Source: an uncultured Actinomycetes bacterium (GTDB lineage Bacteria > Chloroflexota > Dormibacteria > Aeolococcales > Aeolococcaceae). Taken from it: DNA of 64,000 bases. Of this stretch, positions 18,488 through 26,848 are shown piece by piece (position 1 is the stretch's first letter; each line of letters begins with the position of its first letter). The translations under genes and the position numbers were made by a program. Under the pieces are notes generated by a model that saw only the letters and a program-made list of their open reading frames with translations, made no database searches and was not told where the DNA came from. Location of the stretch: NCBI GenBank assembly GCA_964618935.1, contig CAZUDL010000008.1:28870-92869 (forward strand), read 5' to 3'.

Positions 18488-19880
18488 GCAGGGAGGCCTC
18501 CTCGAGCCGGCGGGGGTCGCCCGCCGGATCCGGCCCCGCCGCTGAGCCCGCCGGGACGGGACGCGGCGCCGATCCGGCCGGGCTCATGCCCTGCACGACG
18601 CTGCGCGCCGCCGCCTGGCCGCTCAGAACGGCCCCCTCCATGGTCGCCGGCCAGCCCGTGTCGGTCCAGGCCCCGGCGATGGCGACGTTGGCGGCCAGGG
18701 TGGACGGCCCGGGGCGGCGCAGTCCCGGCGTGGGCACGAAGGTGGCCTCGGGGTCGCGGGTGACCACGCCCCGCCGCAGGGACGCGCCCAACAGGGCGGG
18801 GATACGGGCGCGCAGCTCGCCGTCGGCCAGCTCGACCAGCCTCTCCTCGGGCGTCGCGATCCACTCCGCGGCGCTGCTCATGCTGCAGCAGAGGTAGCCC
18901 GGCCCCCGGGTGAAGACCCATTGCACGGGCGAGCCGGGAAGGGCGGCGAAGTCGAGACCGCGCATCTCGCGGTCGTACCAGAGGTGGACATCGACGATCG
19001 GCTGGGTGCGGAAGCCCTCCAACCCCGGCACCCCCAGCGCCTCCGCGCCGGGGATACGCCGCAGACGCTCCGGGGGCACGGCGAAGACGGCGCCGTTGAC
19101 AGCCACCTCCTCCGTGCCGACGACCACGCCGCGGAGCCGCCCGCCCTCAACCCGGACCCCGGTCACGGCGGCGCGCATGCGCACCTCGTCGCAGCGCTGG
19201 GCCGCCGCTTCGGCGAAGCGCACCAGCGGCACGGTCGCATAGCCGATGCAGGCGGCGTGACGGTCGCCGAGGAACGCGGTCCTGACCACGAACAGGCCGG
19301 CGGCGGCGCTCGCCTGGTCGAGGGGCGCGTTGAGCGCGGGGACGATGAAGGGCTCCCAGAAGCCCCGGAGCGCCGACTCGCCCTGGCGGTGGCGGCGCAG
19401 CCAGTCGGCGAACGTCTCCGCCTCCTCGCGTTCGGGGTGGACCCCGAAACGCGCCGCCAGCAGCGCTCGGGCGACGCCGAGGCGGCCGCGGAGGCTGATC
19501 GCCCGGAATCCCAGGAAGGGAAGCCCCAGGTGCAGCGGGGCGGGGAGGTTCATCGCCCGGAGCCGCCTCGACCCGCCCGGTGAGAGCACCATGGCCTCGA
19601 ACCGGCGCTGGATGTGGAGGCTGTCCCGCATGCCCAGTTCGGACGCGAAGCCGAGGAAAGCCGCGTAGCACCCCAGGATGACGTGCTGGCCGCAGTCGAC
19701 CTCGGTGTCGCCGACCAGGAAGGACGTTGTCTTGCCGCCGAGGAGCCGGCTGCGCTCCAGAAGGATGACGTGGCAGTCGCGCCGCTTGAGCTCCAGCGCG
19801 GCTGCCAGACCCGCCAGCCCGGTGCCGACGACGGCCACGCGGAGATTCCCCGCGGGGCGGCCCCCTCCCGACCGGCTCAC
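18480..19880 (-). CDS. hpnE: Hydroxysqualene dehydroxylase (FAD-dependent)
   Basis: GTGLAGL FAD motif, DCGQHVILGCY, WPATMEGAVLSG; GTGA overlap with hpnCD. Confidence 0.9.
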   Translation of the reverse strand: MSRSGGGRPAGNLRVAVVGTGLAGLAAALELKRRDCHVILLERSRLLGGKTTSFLVGDTEVDCGQHVILGCYAAFLGFASELGMRDSLHIQRRFEAMVLSPGGSRRLRAMNLPAPLHLGLPFLGFRAISLRGRLGVARALLAARFGVHPEREEAETFADWLRRHRQGESALRGFWEPFIVPALNAPLDQASAAAGLFVVRTAFLGDRHAACIGYATVPLVRFAEAAAQRCDEVRMRAAVTGVRVEGGRLRGVVVGTEEVAVNGAVFAVPPERLRRIPGAEALGVPGLEGFRTQPIVDVHLWYDREMRGLDFAALPGSPVQWVFTRGPGYLCCSMSSAAEWIATPEERLVELADGELRARIPALLGASLRRGVVTRDPEATFVPTPGLRRPGPSTLAANVAIAGAWTDTGWPATMEGAVLSGQAAARSVVQGMSPAGSAPRPVPAGSAAGPDPAGDPRRLEEASLHG

Positions 19881-21598
19881 CGGAGCAGTCCCGCCGCCGT
19901 GACGGCCGCCCACGATCGGACCATCACCCCGGCCTTCTCCCCGGAGGAGAGCCGGACCCGCCGCCGCAGTGGAAGCTCGGGATCCGCCTCGATGCGGTCG
20001 AGGATTCCACTGTAGATGCCGGCCATGGTCCGGACGCACACCCGCGCCTGGACCGGGATGTAGGCGCAGACCCCGATCCCCGAGGTGTACAGCCGCCGGG
20101 CGCGGACCGCCTCGTGCTCGACCAGCGCGGGCCAGGTGGGACCCGGCTCGCCGGCGAGGAGGCCGGCTTCGCTGATCCCGAATCGGGCCAGGTCGTCGGC
20201 TGGGAGGTAGACGCGACCCATGGAGGCGTCCTCGCGGACGTCCCGGAGGATGTTGATGAGCTGCAGGGCGGTGCCGAGATCGTCGGCGCGCGCCAGGGCG
20301 GCCGGGTCGGCCGAGCCGAAGATGCGCACGCACATCTGGCCGACCACGCCGGCGACGAGGTGGCAGTAGCGGCCGAGCTCGTCCCAGCTGGCGTACCGAT
20401 GGCAGCTCAGGTCCATGGCGACCCCGCTCACCAGGTCCTCCAGCTCGGTGAGGGGGATCCCGTGGCGGTGCACGGCGTGGAGGAGCACCTGCAGCACGGG
20501 GTCGTCGCCGGGGTCGCCGGCGGCGGCGCGCCGCAGGCGGGCCCGGTGCACCTCCAGCCGCTGGAGGCGTTCCGCCAGCCCGGCGGGCTCGGGGCCGTCG
20601 GTGGCGTCGTCGAGCTGACGGGCGAAGCCGTACAGGGCGTAGATGGAGATCCGCTGGGCGTGCGGCAGGGCGATGAAGCCCCAGTAGAAGTTGCCCGCCT
20701 CCCGGCGGGCCAGCTCCCGGCAGTAGCGCTCGGCGGAGGCGCGGCCGCCGGCAGCCCCATCTCCGGCCGCCGGGTGACCACCGGTCGCGTGGTCGCGGAG
20801 GGCCGTCGCCACCAGCCGCGCCTTCGCCGCAGGCCGCACCTCCGGGCGCTGCACGTCGGTGCGGAACCCCTCCCGGCGAATGGCCTCGATGATCGCCTCG
20901 CCGCCCTTCCGATACAGCTCCAGCTGCAGGCGCAGACGTCCGGGCATGGCGAGCCGCTCGAGGCGCCGTCCCGAGGCGAGAAGCTCGAGGGCCCTGCGGC
21001 ACATCAGCTCGACGGCTCCCGGCACGCCGCCCTGGTCCAGGTCGGACTGGATCAGGTAGGTCCGTCCCTTGCCTCGGTCGACGGCCACGTCCTGGGCGAA
21101 GTTGGCGAGCTGGAGCCCGATGCAGACATCGTCGGAGAGGGGCACCGCCGCCGGATCGTCGATCTCGAAGAGCCGCAGCACCATCCGTCCCACCGGCGCG
21201 GCCGACAGCAGGCAGTAGGACCGAAGGTCCTCCCAGGTCTCGTAGCGCGCCACCGCCTGGTCCTGGACGTTGGCGTCGATGAGGTCCAGGAAGGGCGCGG
21301 CCGGGATGCCGAACCGCCGGATGGTGCCGGCCAGGGCGACCAGCACAGGGTGGACGGGGGGCCGGCCGGCGAACAGGGCCTCCACCTCCGACCGCCAGAG
21401 CTGGAGGCGCCAGATCGCCTCGTCGCCGCTCTCGTCGCCGAGGTCGTCGGTGGTGCGGCAGTAGGCGTAGATGCGGGCGAGGTGGAGGCGGAGCTCCCGC
21501 GGCACGATGAGCGACGCGACCGAGAAGTTCTCGTAGTGCCGCCGGGCCAGGCGCACGCAGAGCGCGTCGGCCTCGCCCAGCTCGCTGACGCGGCTCAT
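19877..21598 (-). CDS. hpnCD: Fused HpnC (hydroxysqualene synthase) - HpnD (presqualene diphosphate synthase)
   Basis: N-half HYENFSVAS, DDLGDE, LQLANFAQD; C-half NFYWGF, LDDATD, LQLINILRDVREDA..GRVYLP; single 573-aa ORF. Confidence 0.88.
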   Translation of the reverse strand: MSRVSELGEADALCVRLARRHYENFSVASLIVPRELRLHLARIYAYCRTTDDLGDESGDEAIWRLQLWRSEVEALFAGRPPVHPVLVALAGTIRRFGIPAAPFLDLIDANVQDQAVARYETWEDLRSYCLLSAAPVGRMVLRLFEIDDPAAVPLSDDVCIGLQLANFAQDVAVDRGKGRTYLIQSDLDQGGVPGAVELMCRRALELLASGRRLERLAMPGRLRLQLELYRKGGEAIIEAIRREGFRTDVQRPEVRPAAKARLVATALRDHATGGHPAAGDGAAGGRASAERYCRELARREAGNFYWGFIALPHAQRISIYALYGFARQLDDATDGPEPAGLAERLQRLEVHRARLRRAAAGDPGDDPVLQVLLHAVHRHGIPLTELEDLVSGVAMDLSCHRYASWDELGRYCHLVAGVVGQMCVRIFGSADPAALARADDLGTALQLINILRDVREDASMGRVYLPADDLARFGISEAGLLAGEPGPTWPALVEHEAVRARRLYTSGIGVCAYIPVQARVCVRTMAGIYSGILDRIEADPELPLRRRVRLSSGEKAGVMVRSWAAVTAAGLLR

Positions 21599-22695
21599 CG
21601 CCCGGCCGGTGGCCAGGCCCCGAGATCCAGCGGACCGCGGGCCACGACGCGTCCGGCCTGCGCCAGCCGGCCGATGTCGGCCGCCCCGGCGCAGAACATG
21701 GCGATGCGGAGGGTCTCGACGATCTCGGTGATGGCGCCGTCCAGCGTCTCCGGCCCGTCGTCGGCGGCACGGAGCATGGAGCCGGCGATGCCTCCGAGGT
21801 CGGCTCCCAGAGCGATGGCCATCGCCAGGTCGACGCCGCTGCGGATGCCGCCGCTGGCGATCAGCGTCGCCCCGGGGGCGGCACGGCGGGCGAGGTGGAT
21901 GGCATCGGCGGTGGGCAGCCCCCAGCCGGCGAAGGCGGCGGCGACGCGGGCCCGCACCGGGTCGTGCATGCGGTGCCGCTCCACCTCACTCCACGACGTG
22001 CCCCCTGCACCCGCCACGTCGACGGCACCCACGCCCGCCTCGACGAGCGCCGCCACCAGGTCGGGGGCGATTCCCCACCCGACCTCCTTGACGATGACCG
22101 GGACGCCGAGCGTCGCGCACAGCCCCTCGATGCGGCGCAGGAGCCCGTCGAACCGGGTGTCCCCCTCCGGCTGCAGGGCTTCCTGTAGGGGGTTCAGGTG
22201 GAGCACGAGGGCGTCGGCGTCCAGCAGGTCCACGATGCGCCGGCACCCGGTCACGCCAACCCCCATGTTGAGCTGCACCGCTCCCAGGTTGGCGAGCAGG
22301 GGCACGCTCGGACAGAGGTCGCGGACGGCGAAGGTGGGCAGCACCTCGGGGTGCTCGAGGAGCACGCGGCAAGACCCAAGGCCCATCGCCACACCGAAGC
22401 GCTCCGCCGCCCCGGCCAGGGTGCGATTGATCCGGCGCGCCTCCGCCGTGCCTCCGGTCATGCAGGAGAGGAGGAGGGGGGCCCGGAGACGCCTCCCCAG
22501 GAACACCGTGGCCGGGCTCACGTTGTCGAGGTCGATCTCCGGGAGGGCACGGTGGACGAACCGGTACCGTTCGAAGCCGGTGGTCACGCCGGTGGCGTCG
22601 ACGTCTTCCTCGAGGTTGATGCGGATGTGGTCCGCCTTCCGATCGACGATGCCAGGCGCGCGGGCGGGGCGGGAGGAGGCGCTGCCGACAGCCAC
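21595..22695 (-). CDS. fni: Type 2 isopentenyl-diphosphate delta-isomerase (FMN)
   Basis: RKADHI, SCMTGG, NLGAVQL, HLNPLQE..QPEGD, KEVGWG, AGAGGTSW, ASGGIRSG. Confidence 0.95.
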   Translation of the reverse strand: MAVGSASSRPARAPGIVDRKADHIRINLEEDVDATGVTTGFERYRFVHRALPEIDLDNVSPATVFLGRRLRAPLLLSCMTGGTAEARRINRTLAGAAERFGVAMGLGSCRVLLEHPEVLPTFAVRDLCPSVPLLANLGAVQLNMGVGVTGCRRIVDLLDADALVLHLNPLQEALQPEGDTRFDGLLRRIEGLCATLGVPVIVKEVGWGIAPDLVAALVEAGVGAVDVAGAGGTSWSEVERHRMHDPVRARVAAAFAGWGLPTADAIHLARRAAPGATLIASGGIRSGVDLAMAIALGADLGGIAGSMLRAADDGPETLDGAITEIVETLRIAMFCAGAADIGRLAQAGRVVARGPLDLGAWPPAGR

Positions 22696-22699
22696 CGGC

Positions 22700-23791
22700 T
22701 CACCTCATCCGATGGGCAACGAATTCGGTGATGGCGGAGAAGTCGTCGATCCAGTGGCGTTCGAGGCCCGAGCTGGCCACCGCGGCGACGGCGGCGTGGG
22801 CGGTCTGGGTGGTGGCGGCGGCGCTCGCCGCCGGTTCGCCGAGCCCGGCCAGGATGTCGCGGATGCGCCGCTCGCCGTCCTCGGCGTCCGACTCCGAGAA
22901 GAGGCCGCAGAGGTCGCGCTGCTCGTCGTAGGAGGCGCGCGAGTAGGCGCTGATCACCGGGTAGGTCGGCTTGCGGCGGGCCAGGTCGGTCTCCCGTCCC
23001 TTGCCGGTCCGCTGCGGGTCCCCGAAGGTGCCCAGCCAGTCGTCGCGCATCTGGAAGGTCTGGCCCAGCAGGCGCCCGGCGCTGCGCAGCTTGCCGACGG
23101 TCCTCGCCGACGCGCCGGCGAGGATCGCCCCCATCTCCAGGCTGGCGCCGAGGAGCGCCCCGGTCTTGGCGGTGATGAGGCGGACGTAGGTGGCCCGGGG
23201 GGTGTCCGGCCGGCCCTCCAGGGCAAGGTCGAGGCACTGCCCCTCGATGACCTCGAGCGCCGCCTGGCTCAGGCTGCGGGCGGCGCGCATCCGCCGATCG
23301 GCGCGCGGTCCCGGCGCCAGCAGGGTCATGTACGCGGTGGCGAAGAGGCCGTCCCCCACGTTGATCCCCTGAGCCGCTCCCCAGATCGCCCACACCGTCG
23401 GCCGGTGCCGCCGTTGCACGTCGCCATCCTGGATGTCGTCGTGGACCAGGGTGAAGTTGTGGATCAGCTCCACCGAGGTGGCGGCGGGGATCCCCCAATC
23501 GACCTCGCCGCCGCATGCCTCGCAGGCCCAGAGGGCGAGGGCGGCCCGCAGCAGCTTGCCGCTGCCGCCCGCCGTGGGCTGGCCGTCGGGGCCCACCCAG
23601 CCGAGGTGGTAGGCACACATCTTGCCCAGCGGCGACGTCTGCACCGGCAGCGCCCAGCGCAGCGCCTCGTCGATGAGGGGGAGGTGGCGGCTCAGCGAGC
23701 GAGGCAGCTCGGGGCCGGCGTCGTCGGGCCGGACGAGGGGTTGGTCGATGGTGTCGGCCGCTTGGAACGGTGCATCGACTACGACGGACAT
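22700..23791 (-). CDS. Short-chain polyprenyl diphosphate synthase (FPP/GGPP)
   Basis: GSGKLLR, HNFTLVHDDIQD (FARM), RRHRP, KTG, FQMRDD (SARM); GGAGG before ATG 23791. Confidence 0.92.
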   Translation of the reverse strand: MSVVVDAPFQAADTIDQPLVRPDDAGPELPRSLSRHLPLIDEALRWALPVQTSPLGKMCAYHLGWVGPDGQPTAGGSGKLLRAALALWACEACGGEVDWGIPAATSVELIHNFTLVHDDIQDGDVQRRHRPTVWAIWGAAQGINVGDGLFATAYMTLLAPGPRADRRMRAARSLSQAALEVIEGQCLDLALEGRPDTPRATYVRLITAKTGALLGASLEMGAILAGASARTVGKLRSAGRLLGQTFQMRDDWLGTFGDPQRTGKGRETDLARRKPTYPVISAYSRASYDEQRDLCGLFSESDAEDGERRIRDILAGLGEPAASAAATTQTAHAAVAAVASSGLERHWIDDFSAITEFVAHRMR

Positions 23792-23820
23792 GGTCGCCTC
23801 CAGTCCCGTGAAAGTTCTCA

Positions 23821-23833
23821 GATGGTAACTATC
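23821..23833. promoter_or_regulatory. Imperfect palindrome GATGGTAACTATC overlapping the minus-strand TACCAT -10 of the hop operon; candidate MarR operator
   Basis: AT-rich near-palindrome in the intergenic region shared with the divergent marR. Confidence 0.4.
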
Positions 23834-23947
23834 CGGGCCTGCCTCGGGCAAGAGGGGTGCCCCGCGCCCGGCCCACCCGGCACGGCCTCCGGGTTGCCCG
23901 TGGGCGCCCTGGCAAGGGTCTCTGACCCGCCGCATATAATTGTCCCC

Positions 23948-24433
23948 GTGACAAGGACCGGAGGGGGAGGGGGCCTCAGCCCCGAGGTGCGCGAGGTGCT
24001 GCGGGCCTATCTCGACGCCAGCCTCCTGAGCGACTCGCTGCAGGCCGATCTCTGGCGTGAGGCGCATCTGACGCTGGCCCAGCTGGCCGTGCTGCGCAAC
24101 CTCCGCGACGGCCGGCCGAGGCTCGCCGGCGAGCTGGCGGGGGCGGTGGGGCTGTCACCGGCGTCGGCGACGCGGCTCTTCGACCGCCTCGAGGAGCGGG
24201 GCCTGCTCCGCCGCCACCGGGGGCGGGACGACCGGCGCTGCGTGGAGATCCGCCTCACCGCCAGGGGGCGCCGACTGGTGGGGCCGTCACGTGCCCTGCG
24301 GAACAGCCCGCTCCGCCGCGCCGTCGAGGCCATGACCGAGGCCGAGCGGCGAAGCCTGGCGACGGCCCTGCAGCGGCTCGCCGAGACGGCGCGCCAGCTC
24401 GAGCTCCCGGCTCGTGGCGGGGCGATGCCGTGA
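23948..24433 (+). CDS. MarR-family regulator (probably leaderless)
   Basis: LTLAQLAVL, SPASATRLFDRLEERGLL, DDRRCVEIRLT; TATAAT (23935-23940) 7 nt before GTG. Confidence 0.9.
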   Translation: MTRTGGGGGLSPEVREVLRAYLDASLLSDSLQADLWREAHLTLAQLAVLRNLRDGRPRLAGELAGAVGLSPASATRLFDRLEERGLLRRHRGRDDRRCVEIRLTARGRRLVGPSRALRNSPLRRAVEAMTEAERRSLATALQRLAETARQLELPARGGAMP

Positions 24434-25428
24434 CCCGGCGCCGGCTCGTCCCCGCCGTGGTGGGCGCGGCCACGCTGGCGGCCCTCCTCTTCGTCATCCA
24501 CCCGTCCCAGGTGCTCGCCGCCGTGCGCGGTTTCGATCTTCGCTACCTGGTGGGGGCGATCGTGCTCACCGCCCTCTGCTGCGCCGTCCAGGGCGCTCGC
24601 TGGCACTTCCTGCTGCGCGCCGCCGGCATCCGCATGCGCTTCCACGAGTCGGTGCTGATCAGCGTGTCCGGCCAGAGCGTCTCCGCCGTGCTGCCCCTCG
24701 GCGACCTCACCCGCGCCCTCTTCGCCAGCCAGGCCACCGGCGCCTCGTTCGGGGCGGCCGCCGCCACCGTCACGGTGCAGGAGATGACCTTCACCACCCT
24801 GCTGGTGCTCTGCGCCGCGCCGGCGCTGCTGTCCGTCCCGGGCGGTTGGTTCCTGCTGGGCATCGTCCTCGGCGGCATCGCGGCGACACTGGCGGTGATC
24901 ATCGTGCCGGCCGCCTACCGGTGGGCACGCCGTCTCCTCGGCCGGCTTCCCGGCAGCTCGAGGCTGGTGACCCAGGCCGACGAGCTGCGACGCGAGACCG
25001 TCAGCCTGCTGATCCGACCGGTGGTGACGGTCACGGCGGTGATCGACCTCGTCCGGGTCCTCCTCATCACCTCCGCCTTCCTCCTCGTGCTGCGCGGCCT
25101 CCATCTCGGTCTGGGCTGGCCGGCGGCGCTCCTGGCGGTCGCCGTCGCCTATGTGGGCGGTGCGCTCAGCTTCCTCCCCGGCGGAATCGGGGCCAACGAG
25201 GCCAGCGCCGTCGCCGTGCTCGTCGGCCTCGGCGTGGGTGCCGCGCCCGCGGCCGCCGCCGCTCTGATCCAGCGGGGCCTGCTCACCGGCGTCCCCTCCC
25301 TGACCGGCCTGCTCGCCTACACCGCCGTGCACCGCCGCCTGCACCTGGGCAGCCTGGCGGCGGCGCAGCCCGCCGGCCGCAGCCCGGCCCGGCCCGGGGA
25401 GGCGGCCGCCTGCGAGGCGGCCGCCTGA
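24430..25428 (+). CDS. UPF0104 / lysylphosphatidylglycerol-synthase-TM (HpnL-like) membrane protein 1
   Basis: RWHFLL, PLGDLTRA, LPGGIGANEAS, QRGLL; GTGA overlap with marR. Confidence 0.75.
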   Translation: MTRRRLVPAVVGAATLAALLFVIHPSQVLAAVRGFDLRYLVGAIVLTALCCAVQGARWHFLLRAAGIRMRFHESVLISVSGQSVSAVLPLGDLTRALFASQATGASFGAAAATVTVQEMTFTTLLVLCAAPALLSVPGGWFLLGIVLGGIAATLAVIIVPAAYRWARRLLGRLPGSSRLVTQADELRRETVSLLIRPVVTVTAVIDLVRVLLITSAFLLVLRGLHLGLGWPAALLAVAVAYVGGALSFLPGGIGANEASAVAVLVGLGVGAAPAAAAALIQRGLLTGVPSLTGLLAYTAVHRRLHLGSLAAAQPAGRSPARPGEAAACEAAA

Positions 25429-25556
25429 CCGCACCCCGCCGGCCTCACCGAGCTCCGGCCGCCTGACGGGGCCCCGACCGGCGCCGCACACCCCGCCCTC
25501 GCGGGCCCGCGCCCCGGGCGCGGTTCCCGGCGCCGTCCACCGGCCATGATTGCGCG

Positions 25557-26573
25557 ATGAGCGTCACGGCCCTGCGCCGCCACCTCCGGCCGGCACAGCT
25601 GATTCCGATCGGCGTGGGGCTGGGCGCCATCGTGGCCCTGGTCGTCGTCGCCAATCCCGCGGCGATGGGCAGCGCTCTGTCCCACTTCGCCCTGATCGCG
25701 ATCCCGGTCGCTCTGGCGCTCTCGGCCGCCTACTACGTCCTGCAGGGAGTGCGCTGGCACCTCCTGCTGCACGACATCGGCGACCGGCTCACCGTCTGGG
25801 ACACCATCCTCCTGAGCGTCGCCGGGCAGGCGACCTCTCTACTCCCGTTCGGCGAGCTGACGCGGGCCATCTTCGTGAGCGAGGCCGCCGGCGTCGACTT
25901 CGCCGACGCCGTCGCCACGGTGACGGTGCAGGAACTCATCCTCATGCTCATCCTCATCCTCATCGCCATCCCGGGCGCCCTCTCGGTGCACCGGGCCCTG
26001 GCCGGGGTCATCGTCGCCCTCTTCGGTGTTCTCGCCCTCTTCGCCGTTCTGCTGGTGCCGTCGCTGTTCCATATCGTCCACCACGCGGTCGAGCGGACGC
26101 CGGTCCTGCGCAGGTTCACCGCCCAGGTGGACAGCTTCCGGCAGGAGACCGTCGTCCTCCTCCAGCGCCGCGACACCCTGGGCTGGTCGGTGATCAGCGT
26201 GGCCGGCGCGGCGGCGGAGATCTCCCTCTTCTGGGTCGTGATCAACGGCCTCCATCCGGGGGAGATCAGCTGGCCGATGGCCTCGTTCGTGCTCGCCGCC
26301 TCCTATGTCGGCGGCGCGATCAGCCTGATCCCGGGGGGAATCGGCGCCTCCGAGGCGACCGTGGTCCTCCTCCTCATCAGCGTCGGCGTCGACCCGGCGA
26401 CGGCGACCGCGGCCGCCCTCCTCCAGCGTGTGGCGGACAAGGGCTTCGGCACCCTGCTCGGTGTCATCGCCTACGCCGTCGCCCGGCGCCGGTTCCATCT
26501 CAGCGGCCTGAGCGCGCTCCGGCCCAAACCACCCGCCGCGCCGCCGCCGAGCCTGGAGGCGGCGGGCACCTGA
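25557..26573 (+). CDS. UPF0104 / LPG-synthase-TM (HpnL-like) membrane protein 2, paralog of the previous gene
   Basis: RWHLLL, PFGELTRA, VATVTVQE shared with paralog, IPGGIGASEAT. Confidence 0.75.
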   Translation: MSVTALRRHLRPAQLIPIGVGLGAIVALVVVANPAAMGSALSHFALIAIPVALALSAAYYVLQGVRWHLLLHDIGDRLTVWDTILLSVAGQATSLLPFGELTRAIFVSEAAGVDFADAVATVTVQELILMLILILIAIPGALSVHRALAGVIVALFGVLALFAVLLVPSLFHIVHHAVERTPVLRRFTAQVDSFRQETVVLLQRRDTLGWSVISVAGAAAEISLFWVVINGLHPGEISWPMASFVLAASYVGGAISLIPGGIGASEATVVLLLISVGVDPATATAAALLQRVADKGFGTLLGVIAYAVARRRFHLSGLSALRPKPPAAPPPSLEAAGT

Positions 26574-26643
26574 CCGCCCGGGGGCTCCACCAAGCGCCCC
26601 AGAACGCGCCGGACCCCTCACGCGGAGCATTTGCCACGGCGTC

Positions 26644-26707
26644 TCACCCGAACGGGTGATGCCGGATTCAGACACGGGGGCGTAGATTGGCGTGCATTGC
26701 CTATGCA
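26644..26707 (+). promoter_or_regulatory. Putative promoter of the peptide ABC operon with flanking palindromes
   Basis: TCACCCG-AA-CGGGTGA (26644-26659), TAGATT (26683-26688), TGCAT-N5-ATGCA (26693-26707). Confidence 0.35.
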
Positions 26708-26848
26708 TGGGTCGGCACCGAGGGCAGTCCGCGTCCCTGAGGGCGTGGGCGCTGCGACCACGGCACCGGCCGGTTGCAACGGGAGGCGGAGTTCGCATCG
26801 CCTCCATCGTCCTCGGGGGGCGATGGCGGTCACGACAAGGAGGGCGCG

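Noticed and set aside
20114-23947. Very long antisense or alternate-frame ORFs (e.g. 20114-24433, 8369-11953, 18480-21770 N-part, 56507-59722)
   Set aside because: Arg/Pro/Gly-rich shadows of real genes, expected from stop-codon scarcity at high GC; only the motif-bearing portions were kept
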